Positions 48,657-59,362 are shown, counted from the first letter of the whole stretch. The stretch: DNA of 61,824 nt, filler included, from Desulfonatronovibrionaceae bacterium (GCA_046539845.1; 4 parts of 4 records of this genome joined end to end with filler, not necessarily neighbours in it), one strand, 5' to 3'. The notes: generated from the sequence alone by a model not told the origin. Numbers and translations: made by a program.

Positions 48657-51600
48657 ATGTTTTCCAGAATATTCATCGAGAGGCCGCGGCTGGCGGTGGT
48701 CATTTCCGTGCTCATCACTCTGGCCGGACTCATCTCTGTATTCGCCCTGCCCGTGGCCGAGCATCCGGACATTACTCCGCCGGTAATCAGGGTTAGCGCC
48801 ACATATCCCGGAGCCAGCGCCCAGGTGGTCAAGGACACCGTGGCTGCGCCGATCGAGCAGGAGATGAACGGCGTGGAGGACATGTTGTACATGGAGTCGG
48901 ACTGCACCAATGACGGCAGCTACTCCCTGGAAATAACCTTTGACGTGGGTTCTGATCCGGATATTGACCAGGTCAACGTGCAAAACAGGCTGCAACTTGC
49001 CGAATCCCAGCTCCCTCAGAGCGTGCTGGATCAGGGAATCGACGTACGCAGACGCTCCTCGGACATGCTCGGCGTGGTGTCCTTTATCTCCCCGGACGGA
49101 TCCAAAGACAGACTGTTTATAAGCAATTACGTCAGCCGGACTGTAAAAGACTCTCTGCAGCGTCTGGACGGCGTAAGTGATGCGTTCATCTTTGGGGAGA
49201 ATAAATACAGCATGCGCATCTGGATGGACCCGGACAAGCTGGCCTCCCTGGACATGAACGCCGACGAGGTCATAAAGGCCATAAGACAGCAGAACGTCCA
49301 GGCCACTCTGGGCTCCATTGGGACCGCACCGTCACTTCCGGGCCAGGAAGTGCAGTACAACCTGGACGCCAGGGGCCGCTTGCAGGACCCCCAGGAATTC
49401 GAAGACATAATCGTGCGCAGCAACGAAAGCGGGGGGTTGGTCCGGGTCAAGGACGTCGCCCGTGTCGAGCTGGGCAGCACCTTTTACAATGCCGAGGGCA
49501 ATTACAACAATCAGGCTGCGGTGAATATGGCCCTTTATCGGTCATCAGACGCCAATGCCTTAGAGACCATGCAGGCGGTCAAGGAGGAGATGGAGCGCCA
49601 GTCCGAGTTCATGCCCGAGGGTATGAGCTACGCCATCCCCTACGACACCACAGACTATGTAGAGGAGGTGATCAACGAGATCATCTTTACCCTGGGGCTT
49701 ACCTTTACCCTGGTGGTCCTGGTCATTTTCCTCTTTCTGCAGAATATCCGGGCCACACTGATCCCGGCGGCCGCAGTTCCGGTCTCAATCATCGGCACAT
49801 TTGCCGCCCTTCTGGCCCTGGGCTTCAACCTGAACACCATTTCTCTGTTCGCCCTGGTCCTGTCCATTGGTCTGGTCGTGGACGACGCCATAATTGTCGT
49901 GGAAAACGTGCACCGGATCATGGAAGAAGAGGGTCTAGGACCCAAGGAGGCGGCCATAAAGGCCATGGACCAAGTCTCCGGGCCGATCGTGGCCATCACT
50001 CTCGTCCTTTTGGCCATATTTATTCCGGTCGCCTTCATGCCCGGCATAACCGGGTTGTTATACAAGCAGTTCGGTATCACTTTGTGCGTCTCCGTGGTTA
50101 TCTCCGCAATCTGCGCGCTTACTTTAAGTCCCGCCCTGTGTGGAGTATTTTTGAGCCGGCCCCAGCCTCATTTACGGGGGCCGTTCGGCTGGTTCAACTC
50201 CCTGTTGGGTGGCTCGCGCAGGGCATACACTTCTATTGTGTCCTGGTTCATCCGCCATCTGAGCATTGCCGTACTCTTCTTCCTCATCCTGGTCGGGGCG
50301 GGGTGGTTTTTTTCCGGGCATATCCCCAGCAGCTTCCTCCCCCAGGAAGACAAGGGCGGTTTTTTGATTGATGTGGCGCTCCCGGAAGGGGCCACCCTGC
50401 AGCGTACGGAAAAGGTCACAGAGAAGGCAACAAACACGATCATGTCCATGGACGGAGTGGATAACGTCCTGGCTATAAACGGCTTCAGCCTGCTTACCGG
50501 CAGAGCCGAGAGTGCCGGCTTTATCATCGTGGATCTCGACCCCTGGGAAAAACGCCGGAGACCTGACCTGCAGCTGGAGGCCATGGTGGGCAAGACCGCC
50601 CAAAACCTCAATTCTTTGACCACCGCCAATCTCCGCCCTTTTGTCCCCCCGCCCATCCAGGGTTTGGGGAGCACGGGCGGATTTGACTTCCGCCTTCAGG
50701 CCACAGAGGACCAGTCCCCGCAGGAATTGGCCTCGGCTGCCATGGCCCTGGCCGGAGCGGCCAATCAGGACCCGGCCTTGACCAGGGTGTACACGACATT
50801 CTCCGCCGATACCCCGCAGGTGTCGCTTGATCTGGACCGTACCCGAATGGAGGAACTGGGGATCCCTGTGAGCCGGCTGTTCTCAACCCTGAATCAGCAG
50901 CTGGGGTCGCAGTATGTAAACGACTTCAACCTCTACGGCCGGACCTATCAGGTAAAGGCCAGGAGTCAGGCCAAATACCGGGCGGATCGGGAGGACATAA
51001 AGGACCTGTACGTAACCGGCGACAACGGACAGCAAATTCCGGTGGAAAACCTGGTCAGCCTGTCCACTGAGCTGAGTTCCAGAGTGCTCAATCGCTACAA
51101 CCAGTTCTCCAGTGCCGCGATCAAGGGAGAGCCCGCCCCGGGATACTCCTCCGGGCAGGCGATGCAGGCCATGCAGCGCCTGGCTAAAGAAAAGCTCCCG
51201 GACGGGTATTCCTTTGAATGGTCGTCAATGTCCTTTCAGGAACAGAAGGCCAGCGGCACGGTCGGCTATCTATTCGCTTTGGCCATCATATTCTCCTATC
51301 TGTTTTTGGTCGCTTTGTACGAGTCCTGGAATCTGCCCCTGCCAATTGCCCTGTCCGTGCTAGTAGCCGCACTGGGAGGGTTTCTCGGGCTATGGATAAC
51401 CGGGAATTCCTTGTCTATCTATGCCCAGATCGGCATGGTCCTCTTGGTTGCCCTGGCAGCCAAAAACGCCATTTTGATCGTGGAATTCGCCCGGGACCGC
51501 AAGGCGGAAGGGGCCTCGACATACAAGGCTGCGCTTGACGGAGCCTCGATCCGTTTCCGTCCGGTGCTTATGACCGCGCTCACCTTTATCCTTGGAGTGG

Positions 51601-51785
51601 CTCCTCTGGTCTGGGCCGTGGGAGCCGGCGCGGCCAGCCGCAGGCATATCGGGACGGTGGTCTTCTCCGGAATGATTGCGGCTACTACCCTGGGGATCAT
51701 CATCATCCCCTCTCTTTACTACCTGTTCCAGCGCATACGGGAAAAAGGACAGAATTGGAGAGAAAAGAGAGGAGAAAAATCCTGA
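48657..51785 (+). CDS. RND efflux permease (HAE1/AcrB family)
   Basis: FIERP, IGLVVDDAIIVVENV, AKNAILIVEFA, RFRPVLMT; 1042 aa. Confidence 0.96.
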   Translation: MFSRIFIERPRLAVVISVLITLAGLISVFALPVAEHPDITPPVIRVSATYPGASAQVVKDTVAAPIEQEMNGVEDMLYMESDCTNDGSYSLEITFDVGSDPDIDQVNVQNRLQLAESQLPQSVLDQGIDVRRRSSDMLGVVSFISPDGSKDRLFISNYVSRTVKDSLQRLDGVSDAFIFGENKYSMRIWMDPDKLASLDMNADEVIKAIRQQNVQATLGSIGTAPSLPGQEVQYNLDARGRLQDPQEFEDIIVRSNESGGLVRVKDVARVELGSTFYNAEGNYNNQAAVNMALYRSSDANALETMQAVKEEMERQSEFMPEGMSYAIPYDTTDYVEEVINEIIFTLGLTFTLVVLVIFLFLQNIRATLIPAAAVPVSIIGTFAALLALGFNLNTISLFALVLSIGLVVDDAIIVVENVHRIMEEEGLGPKEAAIKAMDQVSGPIVAITLVLLAIFIPVAFMPGITGLLYKQFGITLCVSVVISAICALTLSPALCGVFLSRPQPHLRGPFGWFNSLLGGSRRAYTSIVSWFIRHLSIAVLFFLILVGAGWFFSGHIPSSFLPQEDKGGFLIDVALPEGATLQRTEKVTEKATNTIMSMDGVDNVLAINGFSLLTGRAESAGFIIVDLDPWEKRRRPDLQLEAMVGKTAQNLNSLTTANLRPFVPPPIQGLGSTGGFDFRLQATEDQSPQELASAAMALAGAANQDPALTRVYTTFSADTPQVSLDLDRTRMEELGIPVSRLFSTLNQQLGSQYVNDFNLYGRTYQVKARSQAKYRADREDIKDLYVTGDNGQQIPVENLVSLSTELSSRVLNRYNQFSSAAIKGEPAPGYSSGQAMQAMQRLAKEKLPDGYSFEWSSMSFQEQKASGTVGYLFALAIIFSYLFLVALYESWNLPLPIALSVLVAALGGFLGLWITGNSLSIYAQIGMVLLVALAAKNAILIVEFARDRKAEGASTYKAALDGASIRFRPVLMTALTFILGVAPLVWAVGAGAASRRHIGTVVFSGMIAATTLGIIIIPSLYYLFQRIREKGQNWREKRGEKS

Positions 51786-51889
51786 CCCTAAAGGATGCTT
51801 TGCATTGACTCGTACACAAATCCCGGATCAGGGCATCCCGTTCCGGGATTATTTCTGGGATGCGGCAGTACGTTCAGAAGGAGTAATAC

Positions 51890-52315
51890 ATGCCGTCAAA
51901 TAAACTTGGAGACTTCCGGGAGCTTATAGAGACAGGCATCCCTTTCAATAGGCACCTGGGAATCCGCCTGCTTGAACTGGAGGAGCGAAAATGCATCCTG
52001 CTTTTGCCGTTTAGGGAAGAATTCATCGGCGACTCCAGACGCCGCGCCCTGCACGGCGGCATAATATCCACGCTCATCGATACCTGCGGAGGGTTCGCGG
52101 TGTGGAGTGCCGGCAGTCCTGCGGACCGCATAGCCACTATAGATTTACGGGTGGACTATTTAAGCCCGGCGGTGGAAACGGATATCCTCGCCGAATCCCG
52201 AGTCAGGCTTTTGGGTAACCGGGTGGGGAATGTGAACACCAGGGTATGGGGAAATGCAGAACCGGACCGGATCCTGGCCGAAGCCCGGGCTGTATACAAT
52301 ATACGCCGCGACTAG
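51890..52315 (+). CDS. PaaI-family hotdog thioesterase
   Basis: PFN.HLG, LHGGIISTLID, TIDLRVDYL.P; AAGGAG RBS. Confidence 0.9.
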   Translation: MPSNKLGDFRELIETGIPFNRHLGIRLLELEERKCILLLPFREEFIGDSRRRALHGGIISTLIDTCGGFAVWSAGSPADRIATIDLRVDYLSPAVETDILAESRVRLLGNRVGNVNTRVWGNAEPDRILAEARAVYNIRRD

Positions 52316-52389
52316 CTTGCCCTCAAATGTAAACGCATTATTTAAATGCCCACCCGAAGGTAAAAACTGCGGGATGGATTTGCTTATGT

Positions 52390-53232
52390 TCAACTGCCGC
52401 ATTTATTTTTAAGATCAACTTCTTCCACTCCCACCGGAATGGTGCACTCAAAAAGAGCCAGCGCGTTATTCTGCATTTGCCGGATTAGTCCGGAATCAAA
52501 AGCCGGATTATTTCTCAGCCGCTCCCATTCCCTGCCCGGGTCGAAAAGCGGATAGTCGGAGCCAAACAGGAGCCGCTCCCGGCTGTGCCTGTTTACTATC
52601 TTTGCAAGTAAATCCGTAGGGATAAACGGAAGAGAGCTGGAAGTGTCCAAATACACTTTCCGGCCGGCCAGAAACTCCAAAGCCAAATCCCATTGCCGGT
52701 AGCCTCCCAAATGAGCGGCTATGACAGTCAGATTAGGGAAACTGTCCAGTATTTCAGCCAGTTTGCGCGGGCAGGAGGGGTTTTTCTCCGGGGGCAAATC
52801 GTCCCCGACATGGACCATGACCATGAACCGGCCCTGCACCGCCTCCAGCACCGAATACAGATTGGGATCATCCAGCCATATGCCCTGGAAATCCGGGTGC
52901 AGCTTGATTCCCAATATTCCTCTTGCCTCCAGGCGATCCAGCTCCTGTTCCCATTTTTCATACCCGGGATGAACAGTCCCGAAGGGAATGAGCCGCTCAA
53001 AATTTTCCTTTATTTCCAGGGCCCAGTTGTTGGCCGGAATAACTTGCGCCGGTGCGGTAGCCGCGGTGTGGACAACAGCCCGATGAATTCCGCCTGCTTC
53101 CATTCGGGTCAAAAGATCCCCGGCCATTCCCGTGCCCTTCGGCCCTATCCCGTAGTGATCTTCCAGCTGGGCGATCGCCTTTTCTGCAATCTTGGGGTGC
53201 ATTATATGCGTGTGCACATCAATCAAATCCAT
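52390..53232 (-). CDS. Amidohydrolase_2 family metallohydrolase
   Basis: IDVHTH, GIKLHP, VHVG, AAHLGG, LFGSDYP. Confidence 0.9.
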   Translation of the reverse strand: MDLIDVHTHIMHPKIAEKAIAQLEDHYGIGPKGTGMAGDLLTRMEAGGIHRAVVHTAATAPAQVIPANNWALEIKENFERLIPFGTVHPGYEKWEQELDRLEARGILGIKLHPDFQGIWLDDPNLYSVLEAVQGRFMVMVHVGDDLPPEKNPSCPRKLAEILDSFPNLTVIAAHLGGYRQWDLALEFLAGRKVYLDTSSSLPFIPTDLLAKIVNRHSRERLLFGSDYPLFDPGREWERLRNNPAFDSGLIRQMQNNALALFECTIPVGVEEVDLKNKCGS

Positions 53233-53311
53233 ATACCCTCGGCTCCGTTATTTCTTAATCTTCCGGGAGATCTCTAATGCGAGGGCAAAAATCCACAAAC
53301 CAAACCAAATG

Positions 53312-54109
53312 TCAATAACTTCCGGCCATATCAATTATTCTGGACAAAAAATCCCTTAGATCGGAATAACCATCCCCGGGTTCTGCAGGAGCCGGCCTTT
53401 TTATGGCCACGATTCCCGCCCCGTACATCCGGGCGGCCGCAAGCTTCTCCCGGGTCCCGCCGACCAGGCCGCTGTCTTTGGTCACCATCCACCGGGCCTT
53501 GCTGTACATCAAATGCAGCAGATTATGTGCTGTTTTTACCCGCTGCGGACGGTGACAGATAATATTCTTCGGTGTGATCCCGGATCTGGCCGCAGTAATA
53601 AAGGAATCGCCCCTGGGCATGACCCGGGCGTAAATCCGGGAACTATCCCCTAATCGCGCATATTCTTTTAAATGCAGCACCCCCAGACAAAGGAGGACAT
53701 TCCCGGTTTCCCTTTTCAAAAAATCAGCCGCATGGATATGATTTTCCACCCATTTAACGCCCGGAACTGATTCAAGGACGGCCGGGCGCTCGTAGCGCAA
53801 GTATCTGCATCCACTCCTTTCCGCAGCCAGCCTGGCCGCAAGACTGACAGCCCCAGCGTAAGGATGGGAAAGATCAGCTATGATCCGGACTTTCTCTTGC
53901 CGGGCCAGTTCGGACATAGCCCGGTCATCCAAATTTCCCCGGCGCACATACAGGTTGCTGCAGGCAGGGTAGCTTTGAGGCAATCCGGTTGCGTTGCTCA
54001 CAACAACCGACACCCCGGCCCGGCACAGCCATCCTGCGGCCTGGACCGCCTCGGAGGTGCCCCCGATAAGGAGTACCGGACATGGATTTTTTAATCTGCG
54101 CATGGACAA
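53312..54109 (-). CDS. cbiJ: Precorrin-6A / cobalt-precorrin-6A reductase (CobK/CbiJ)
   Basis: LIGGTSE, D.SHPYA, YERP, VTKDSG..GG..EK, IKRP. Confidence 0.88.
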   Translation of the reverse strand: MSMRRLKNPCPVLLIGGTSEAVQAAGWLCRAGVSVVVSNATGLPQSYPACSNLYVRRGNLDDRAMSELARQEKVRIIADLSHPYAGAVSLAARLAAERSGCRYLRYERPAVLESVPGVKWVENHIHAADFLKRETGNVLLCLGVLHLKEYARLGDSSRIYARVMPRGDSFITAARSGITPKNIICHRPQRVKTAHNLLHLMYSKARWMVTKDSGLVGGTREKLAAARMYGAGIVAIKRPAPAEPGDGYSDLRDFLSRIIDMAGSY

Positions 54110-54208
54110 GGATTTGTTTTTTAAATGTCAACAGCCGGTAACAAGGAAAGGCCAAAATAAAGAAGCAGTCAAAACTAAAACTAGCAATGCACAACAAAAG
54201 GACCGGAA

Positions 54209-56431
54209 ATGACAACCAAGACCGCCAGACATCCCCTGGCTATGATCCGCCCGGAAAAAGAGGGGGCTCACAGGGGAGTACTTTACTTCGAGCTGGACCA
54301 CTTCAACCTATTCCAGAACTTTTTCGACGGCAACCTGGCCCTGCAGGTCATGGAGGTTGCGGAAGAAACTATTACCGATTGTGCCGCTGCTTTCAAACTC
54401 TTTGATTTTACCCTGAAAAAAATGAGCCCTGGGGCCTTTCTCCTGAAATACAGTCAGGACATCGCAGACACCCAAATGACTGAACTAGCGGTTCGGATGC
54501 GGCCGGTTCTCAATTCCAGTTTTAATAAAAAACTTGTCCCCCTGACCGGTCAGAAGATGAAGTTCGTAATTGGCCATGCCCGGTTGGATCTCAGTCATGG
54601 GGCCTCCTCCAAGGATACTGAATATATCGCCGCCGCAGAGGCCCAAAAGCATGCTCGCACCCGGAACAGTCTGAGACAACTGGCCGTTTTGAAAGAATTC
54701 CGGGAAATTTTGGCCAACAAAGATCTGCGCATAGTCTATCAGCCGATAATGGACCTTAAAAAAGGGCGGATATACGGATGGGAGGCATTGACCCGGGGCC
54801 CGGAGAACAGCCAATTTTCCTCTCCTCTGGCCCTTTTCGATTTTGCCGAGGAAGAGGGAAAACTGTTTGAACTGGAGACCATCACCCGGGAGCTGGCTAT
54901 TAAAAATTGCGGCCAACTCAGAGAAGGGAGCAAACTTTTCTTGAATATCCATCCCAACACCCTGGCTGATCCGAGTTTTCAATCCGGCAGGACCCTTCAG
55001 CTTCTCAAGGAACAGGGGATGCACCCCAGTGATATAGTCTTTGAAGTGACCGAAAAACACAGCCTCAAAGACCTAAGCGTCTTTCACCGCACTCTTAATC
55101 ATTATCGCAACCAGGGATATCAAATAGCCGTAGATGATGTGGGGGCTGGATATTCAGGACTGTACCGCATTGCGGAAATCCGGCCGGATATCCTCAAAAT
55201 AGACCGTGATCTTATACGGGATATAAATACCCATCCGGCAAAACGGGCACTCATGGAGGCCTTTATAAGTTTCGCCAATCACATCGAGGCCACGGTAATA
55301 GCCGAAGGCATTGAAACGGATATGCAGCTGCGGGCACTTATGGAAATGGGGTTTCACTGCGGCCAAGGATACTACCTGGGACACCCCGTCGCCCCCAAGG
55401 AACATCCCCAACTGCGCCCCACCAGAGGCGACACTTCCCAAATCTCCTTTGCCCAGTACGGGGTGTCCCTGACAATAGAAAACCTGGCGGAAAAGACCAT
55501 GGTAATCAGCGAGGAGACAAAAATAAATGAAGTCAAAAAAGCCTTTGAAAGCAACCAGCCTCTGGGCGGAATCGTTGTCTGCCGCGGAGACGCACCTGTG
55601 GGCCTGGTTATGAGCCACCATCTGGACCGGGAGCTTTCTACGTATTTCGGTCCGGCCCTTTATTACGACAAGGACATTGTCCACCTCATGGACAAGAGCC
55701 CCTTGGTTGTGGACAGGACCACCCCGGTGGAAGAAGTTGCCCGACAGGCCATGCAGAGGGTCAAGCACAAAATATATGACCATGTTATAGTCACCAAGGG
55801 CGGTAAACTTGTGGGCATCGCCGCGGTCCAGGATATCCTGGATGCCATGGCCCGGGTTCAGGTGGAGCTGGCCAAGGGCTCAAATCCCCTTTCCGGCCTG
55901 CCGGGCAACCTAAACATCGAAATGAAAGTGGAAAAAAGAGTGCAGAAATACCAGCGCCCGACAAGCGTCATCTACTTGGACCTGGACAATTTCAAGGCGT
56001 ACAACGATGTATACGGATTCCAGAACGGGGATCAAATAATCCTGCTTACCAGCCGCATACTAACCTGGGCGATGCAAAGGCACGGGGATCAAAATTCCTT
56101 TGTCGGGCATATAGGCGGGGACGATTTTATCCTTATCACACACCCGGACCGGGCGGAAAGGGTGTGCCTGGGCATCTCCCGCTGCTTCGGCAGGCTGATC
56201 AAAAAATTCTACCACGAGGAAGACCTCTGCAAAGGGTTCATAGTCACCAAAGGGCGGGAAAAAACCGAACGCAAATATCCATTAGTTTCTGTATCCATGG
56301 CTATCGTAGACTGCCTTGATCCTTTATCCCTTTCGGAAATCAGCGAACTGGCCACCGGAACCAAAAAACGGGCCAAATCCATTCCCGGCAATTCTTATGT
56401 GCGCAATCGGCGCAGCCCCGTCAGCAAATAA
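54209..56431 (+). CDS. EAL-CBS-GGDEF c-di-GMP turnover protein
   Basis: YQPI, WEALTR, EVTE, DDVGAGYS, KID, AEGIE, QGY; CBS pair; NPLSGLPGN, DLDNFKAYND, GGDDF. Confidence 0.92.
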   Translation: MTTKTARHPLAMIRPEKEGAHRGVLYFELDHFNLFQNFFDGNLALQVMEVAEETITDCAAAFKLFDFTLKKMSPGAFLLKYSQDIADTQMTELAVRMRPVLNSSFNKKLVPLTGQKMKFVIGHARLDLSHGASSKDTEYIAAAEAQKHARTRNSLRQLAVLKEFREILANKDLRIVYQPIMDLKKGRIYGWEALTRGPENSQFSSPLALFDFAEEEGKLFELETITRELAIKNCGQLREGSKLFLNIHPNTLADPSFQSGRTLQLLKEQGMHPSDIVFEVTEKHSLKDLSVFHRTLNHYRNQGYQIAVDDVGAGYSGLYRIAEIRPDILKIDRDLIRDINTHPAKRALMEAFISFANHIEATVIAEGIETDMQLRALMEMGFHCGQGYYLGHPVAPKEHPQLRPTRGDTSQISFAQYGVSLTIENLAEKTMVISEETKINEVKKAFESNQPLGGIVVCRGDAPVGLVMSHHLDRELSTYFGPALYYDKDIVHLMDKSPLVVDRTTPVEEVARQAMQRVKHKIYDHVIVTKGGKLVGIAAVQDILDAMARVQVELAKGSNPLSGLPGNLNIEMKVEKRVQKYQRPTSVIYLDLDNFKAYNDVYGFQNGDQIILLTSRILTWAMQRHGDQNSFVGHIGGDDFILITHPDRAERVCLGISRCFGRLIKKFYHEEDLCKGFIVTKGREKTERKYPLVSVSMAIVDCLDPLSLSEISELATGTKKRAKSIPGNSYVRNRRSPVSK

Positions 56432-56769
56432 ATCCGGCCGAACAGGCACTCCCTTCTTTTCCTAATCCCCGCAGCCAAACCAAGTTAGGCCGACTAAACT
56501 TTCTTATTGACAGATTGACCACTGGGTCATACAAAAAACTGTTCAACGTGTTCGCCAAACAGCGTTTAAGCACTTACTAATTAGGGAGCCCTAATAAAAA
56601 TAACCCGCAATGATCACATAGGAAAAATGCCCTGTTTTCCCCCTGTGTGCGGACATGGTTTATCAATCAAATATTGTTTTGCCCTCTTGAAATGCATCAT
56701 TCATGTGGGACATCAACCCTTTCCAGATGTCTTGAAAAAAATAAACCGGCAACCCGCAGGAGGTAAGTT

Positions 56770-56922
56770 ATGTTCATGTGCTCCAGCAGCATATCCAGTG
56801 AAAAAGATGTCAAGAAATTCATCAACAAGGCCTTTCCCGGACTGCATTTTTCCGGGAAAAATGAACAAGGGATCGCCAACGCAAATTCCGGGAAAAAGGA
56901 CATAAAACCGGCATCCGAATAA
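56770..56922 (+). CDS. Putative 50-aa small protein (absent from ORF track)
   Basis: AGGAGGT Shine-Dalgarno 5 nt before ATG; open for 50 codons in an otherwise empty intergenic region. Confidence 0.45.
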   Translation: MFMCSSSISSEKDVKKFINKAFPGLHFSGKNEQGIANANSGKKDIKPASE

Positions 56923-57025
56923 AAATTTCTAAAAATTCGGCCCTGTTAATTTTTCTTGATCAGCAGGGTCAAAAGTGTTTAGCGTACTTTTAAAGACAAT
57001 AAGCAAACTTAAAGGAGTAAGAACA

Positions 57026-57592
57026 ATGAAAATCGCCATCAGCGCATCCGGGCCGGGACTGGAAAGCCCGTTTGAACCCAGATTCGGACGTGCCCCGGGG
57101 TTTGTGATCTTTGATACCAATACTCAGGGCATTGAGTTTTTGGACAATTCTAAAAACCAGAATCTCCCCCAGGGAGCCGGCATACAAACGGCCCAAATGA
57201 TCACAAACGCCGGCGCCGAAGTATTGGTAACCGGCAATATCGGACCCAAGGCCAGCCAGGCCCTGGAAAATTCAACCCTGAAGATATTCAGCTGCCAAGC
57301 TGAAACCGTCGGTCAAGCCGTCCAGGCCTTTCAAAACGGGAATGTCTCCGCTCCGGGCGGAAGTGCTGCCGGACAGTCCGGAACGAGCGGTCGCGGTACA
57401 GGCGCGGGAACCGGCCGGGGAATCGCCGGTGGAGGACGCGGTATGGGCGGCGGTGGCCGTGGACGCGGACCAGCTCAAGGCGGCCGCGGCATGGGCGGCG
57501 GTGGCGGAGGAGGACGCGGACGCGGCGTAAAAGGCGGCGGCCGGGGAATGGGCGGTCCAGCCGGGTCCGGCACTGGCGGCGGACGGATATAG
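57026..57592 (+). CDS. NifB/NifX-family (MTH1175-like) domain protein with Gly/Arg-rich tail
   Basis: MKIAI, RFGRAPGF, GAGIQTAQ, TGNIGPKA; GRGMGGG repeats; AAGGAG RBS. Confidence 0.88.
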   Translation: MKIAISASGPGLESPFEPRFGRAPGFVIFDTNTQGIEFLDNSKNQNLPQGAGIQTAQMITNAGAEVLVTGNIGPKASQALENSTLKIFSCQAETVGQAVQAFQNGNVSAPGGSAAGQSGTSGRGTGAGTGRGIAGGGRGMGGGGRGRGPAQGGRGMGGGGGGGRGRGVKGGGRGMGGPAGSGTGGGRI

Positions 57593-57621
57593 CCCCGCAA
57601 TAAGGGGCGGATCTCTTCTGT

Positions 57622-59214
57622 TTATCTCCCGGTGGAGTACCTTTTTGGCCGACGCTGTTTTTTATAGGCCACGCCCAGCTTGTCCATTCTCTGGCGCAAG
57701 GTATTCGAATTGATCTTGAGTAGATCGGCCGCGCCTCCGGCACCGCTTATCTTACCTTTGGAGCGCTTCAATGCCCGCCGGATATGCTCGGCATTAACCT
57801 CCTCCAGGGTGGGGAAAGCGCCCGTATCATCAGGCTGTGCCTGACCGGCCTTGTCCGCACCATTCTTCAGCACACCCAAAAGCGGCTCTATTTCCAGAAC
57901 TTCGCCGGAACTCTGGATAAGGGCACGTTCGATCAAGTTTTCCATCTCCCGCACATTGCCCGGCCAATGGTAACCCTTCATCAGCTCCAGTGCCCGGGAA
58001 GTCAGGGCTGGGGCATAGGGCAACTTGAGCTCTATGGATTTGCGCTCTACAAAATGCTGGACCAGGGCGGCGATATCCTCTTTTCTCCGACGCAAAGGCG
58101 GGATGTAAACCGGAAACACATTCAGCCGGAACCAAAGATCCTCGCGAAATTTTCCCTCTTCCACCATCTCCTGAAGGTTTCTGTTGGTGGCGGCAATTAT
58201 CCGGATATCCAGCCGCACCGGCTTGGTCCCTCCCACCCGTTCTATTTCCTTGTACTGTAGCACATTCAAGAGCCGGACCTGGGCCTCGGCCGGAAGTTCC
58301 CCGACCTCATCCAGAAAAATGGTCCCTTGGTCGGCCCGCTCAAAACGCCCCCGCTTACGGTCCATGGCCCCGGTAAAAGCCCCTTTTTCATGCCCGAAAA
58401 GCTCACTGTCCAGAAGGGTATGGGGTATGGCCCCGCAGTTGACAGTCACTAGCGGGCCGCTAAATTTCTGGGATAGGCGGTGAATGGCATTGGCTATCAG
58501 CCCCTTGCCCGAGCCGGTTTCTCCGAGCAAAAGAACAGGACTCTCCGTGGGCGCTACCTTTTCCACTTGGTTCATAACGTCCCTGAGCCCGCAATTGGCC
58601 CCAATAATCTGCTTCCCCCGCCTTTCACGCAGCTCTTTTTGGAAATAGCGGTTGTCATCGGCCAAAATCTTGTTTAGCCGGACCACTTCCTCGTGCTTAA
58701 GGGCATTGGCCAGGGCCAGGGCGAACGGCTCCCGCAGGGACTTAAAAAGCCGGGCATGCACTGCAGTAAATCTTTCCGTCCCATCGCAGCTGACACCAAC
58801 GTCCCCCACGTATTCCCCCTCCAATTCAAGGCGCATGACCATGAGGGAAAAATCCAGATCCTTTTTGATTCTCCGGGCCACTTCCCGCAGATGCTCATTT
58901 TCCACCGGCCGATTTATTACCCGGACATATCTTATATACGGCCACTTGCTATTTCCGTCTCTCCAAGAGTGGCCGGGCAAAAGTTCGTTGCCTACAAACA
59001 CGCTCCCCGAATCCTCACCATATACGGAAACAGCCACTCGGGACATCTTCATATCCGGGAGATAAAGCGCCAGGACCAAACGCTCCGCCGGCATATGCTC
59101 CTTTAAAAAATACAAACAGCGTTCCATAGAGGTCCGGATATCCAGACTGCCGCAGATGCGGACAACCGCCTGGCGGAAAAAACTGTCTTCATGCACTGCC
59201 GACCTGTCTTGCAT
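57622..59214 (-). CDS. Sigma-54-dependent activator (GAF-AAA+-Fis HTH)
   Basis: GETGSGK, ELFGHEKGAFTGA, FLDEVGE, WPGNVRE, C-terminal HTH. Confidence 0.95.
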   Translation of the reverse strand: MQDRSAVHEDSFFRQAVVRICGSLDIRTSMERCLYFLKEHMPAERLVLALYLPDMKMSRVAVSVYGEDSGSVFVGNELLPGHSWRDGNSKWPYIRYVRVINRPVENEHLREVARRIKKDLDFSLMVMRLELEGEYVGDVGVSCDGTERFTAVHARLFKSLREPFALALANALKHEEVVRLNKILADDNRYFQKELRERRGKQIIGANCGLRDVMNQVEKVAPTESPVLLLGETGSGKGLIANAIHRLSQKFSGPLVTVNCGAIPHTLLDSELFGHEKGAFTGAMDRKRGRFERADQGTIFLDEVGELPAEAQVRLLNVLQYKEIERVGGTKPVRLDIRIIAATNRNLQEMVEEGKFREDLWFRLNVFPVYIPPLRRRKEDIAALVQHFVERKSIELKLPYAPALTSRALELMKGYHWPGNVREMENLIERALIQSSGEVLEIEPLLGVLKNGADKAGQAQPDDTGAFPTLEEVNAEHIRRALKRSKGKISGAGGAADLLKINSNTLRQRMDKLGVAYKKQRRPKRYSTGR

Positions 59215-59346
59215 ACAATTGACCTAATTTTACAGCATACGAGAAAAACTTCCGACTCACGAAATATCGCAAACAGGCATACAACATATCATAAAAAACA
59301 AGGCAACCTGTTTATAAGCATCTATTTTTTTTGTATTTATTAAAGC

Positions 59347-59362
59347 TGGCCCGAATAAAGCA
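59347..59362 (+). promoter_or_regulatory. Possible sigma-54 (-24/-12) promoter
   Basis: TGGCCCGAATAAAGCA has GG-N10-GC spacing, AT-rich upstream, divergent from the activator; -12 element imperfect. Confidence 0.45.

Noticed and set aside
57026..57592. Nitrogen fixation locus
   Set aside because: Only a NifX-like domain; no nifHDK or nifEN in the window
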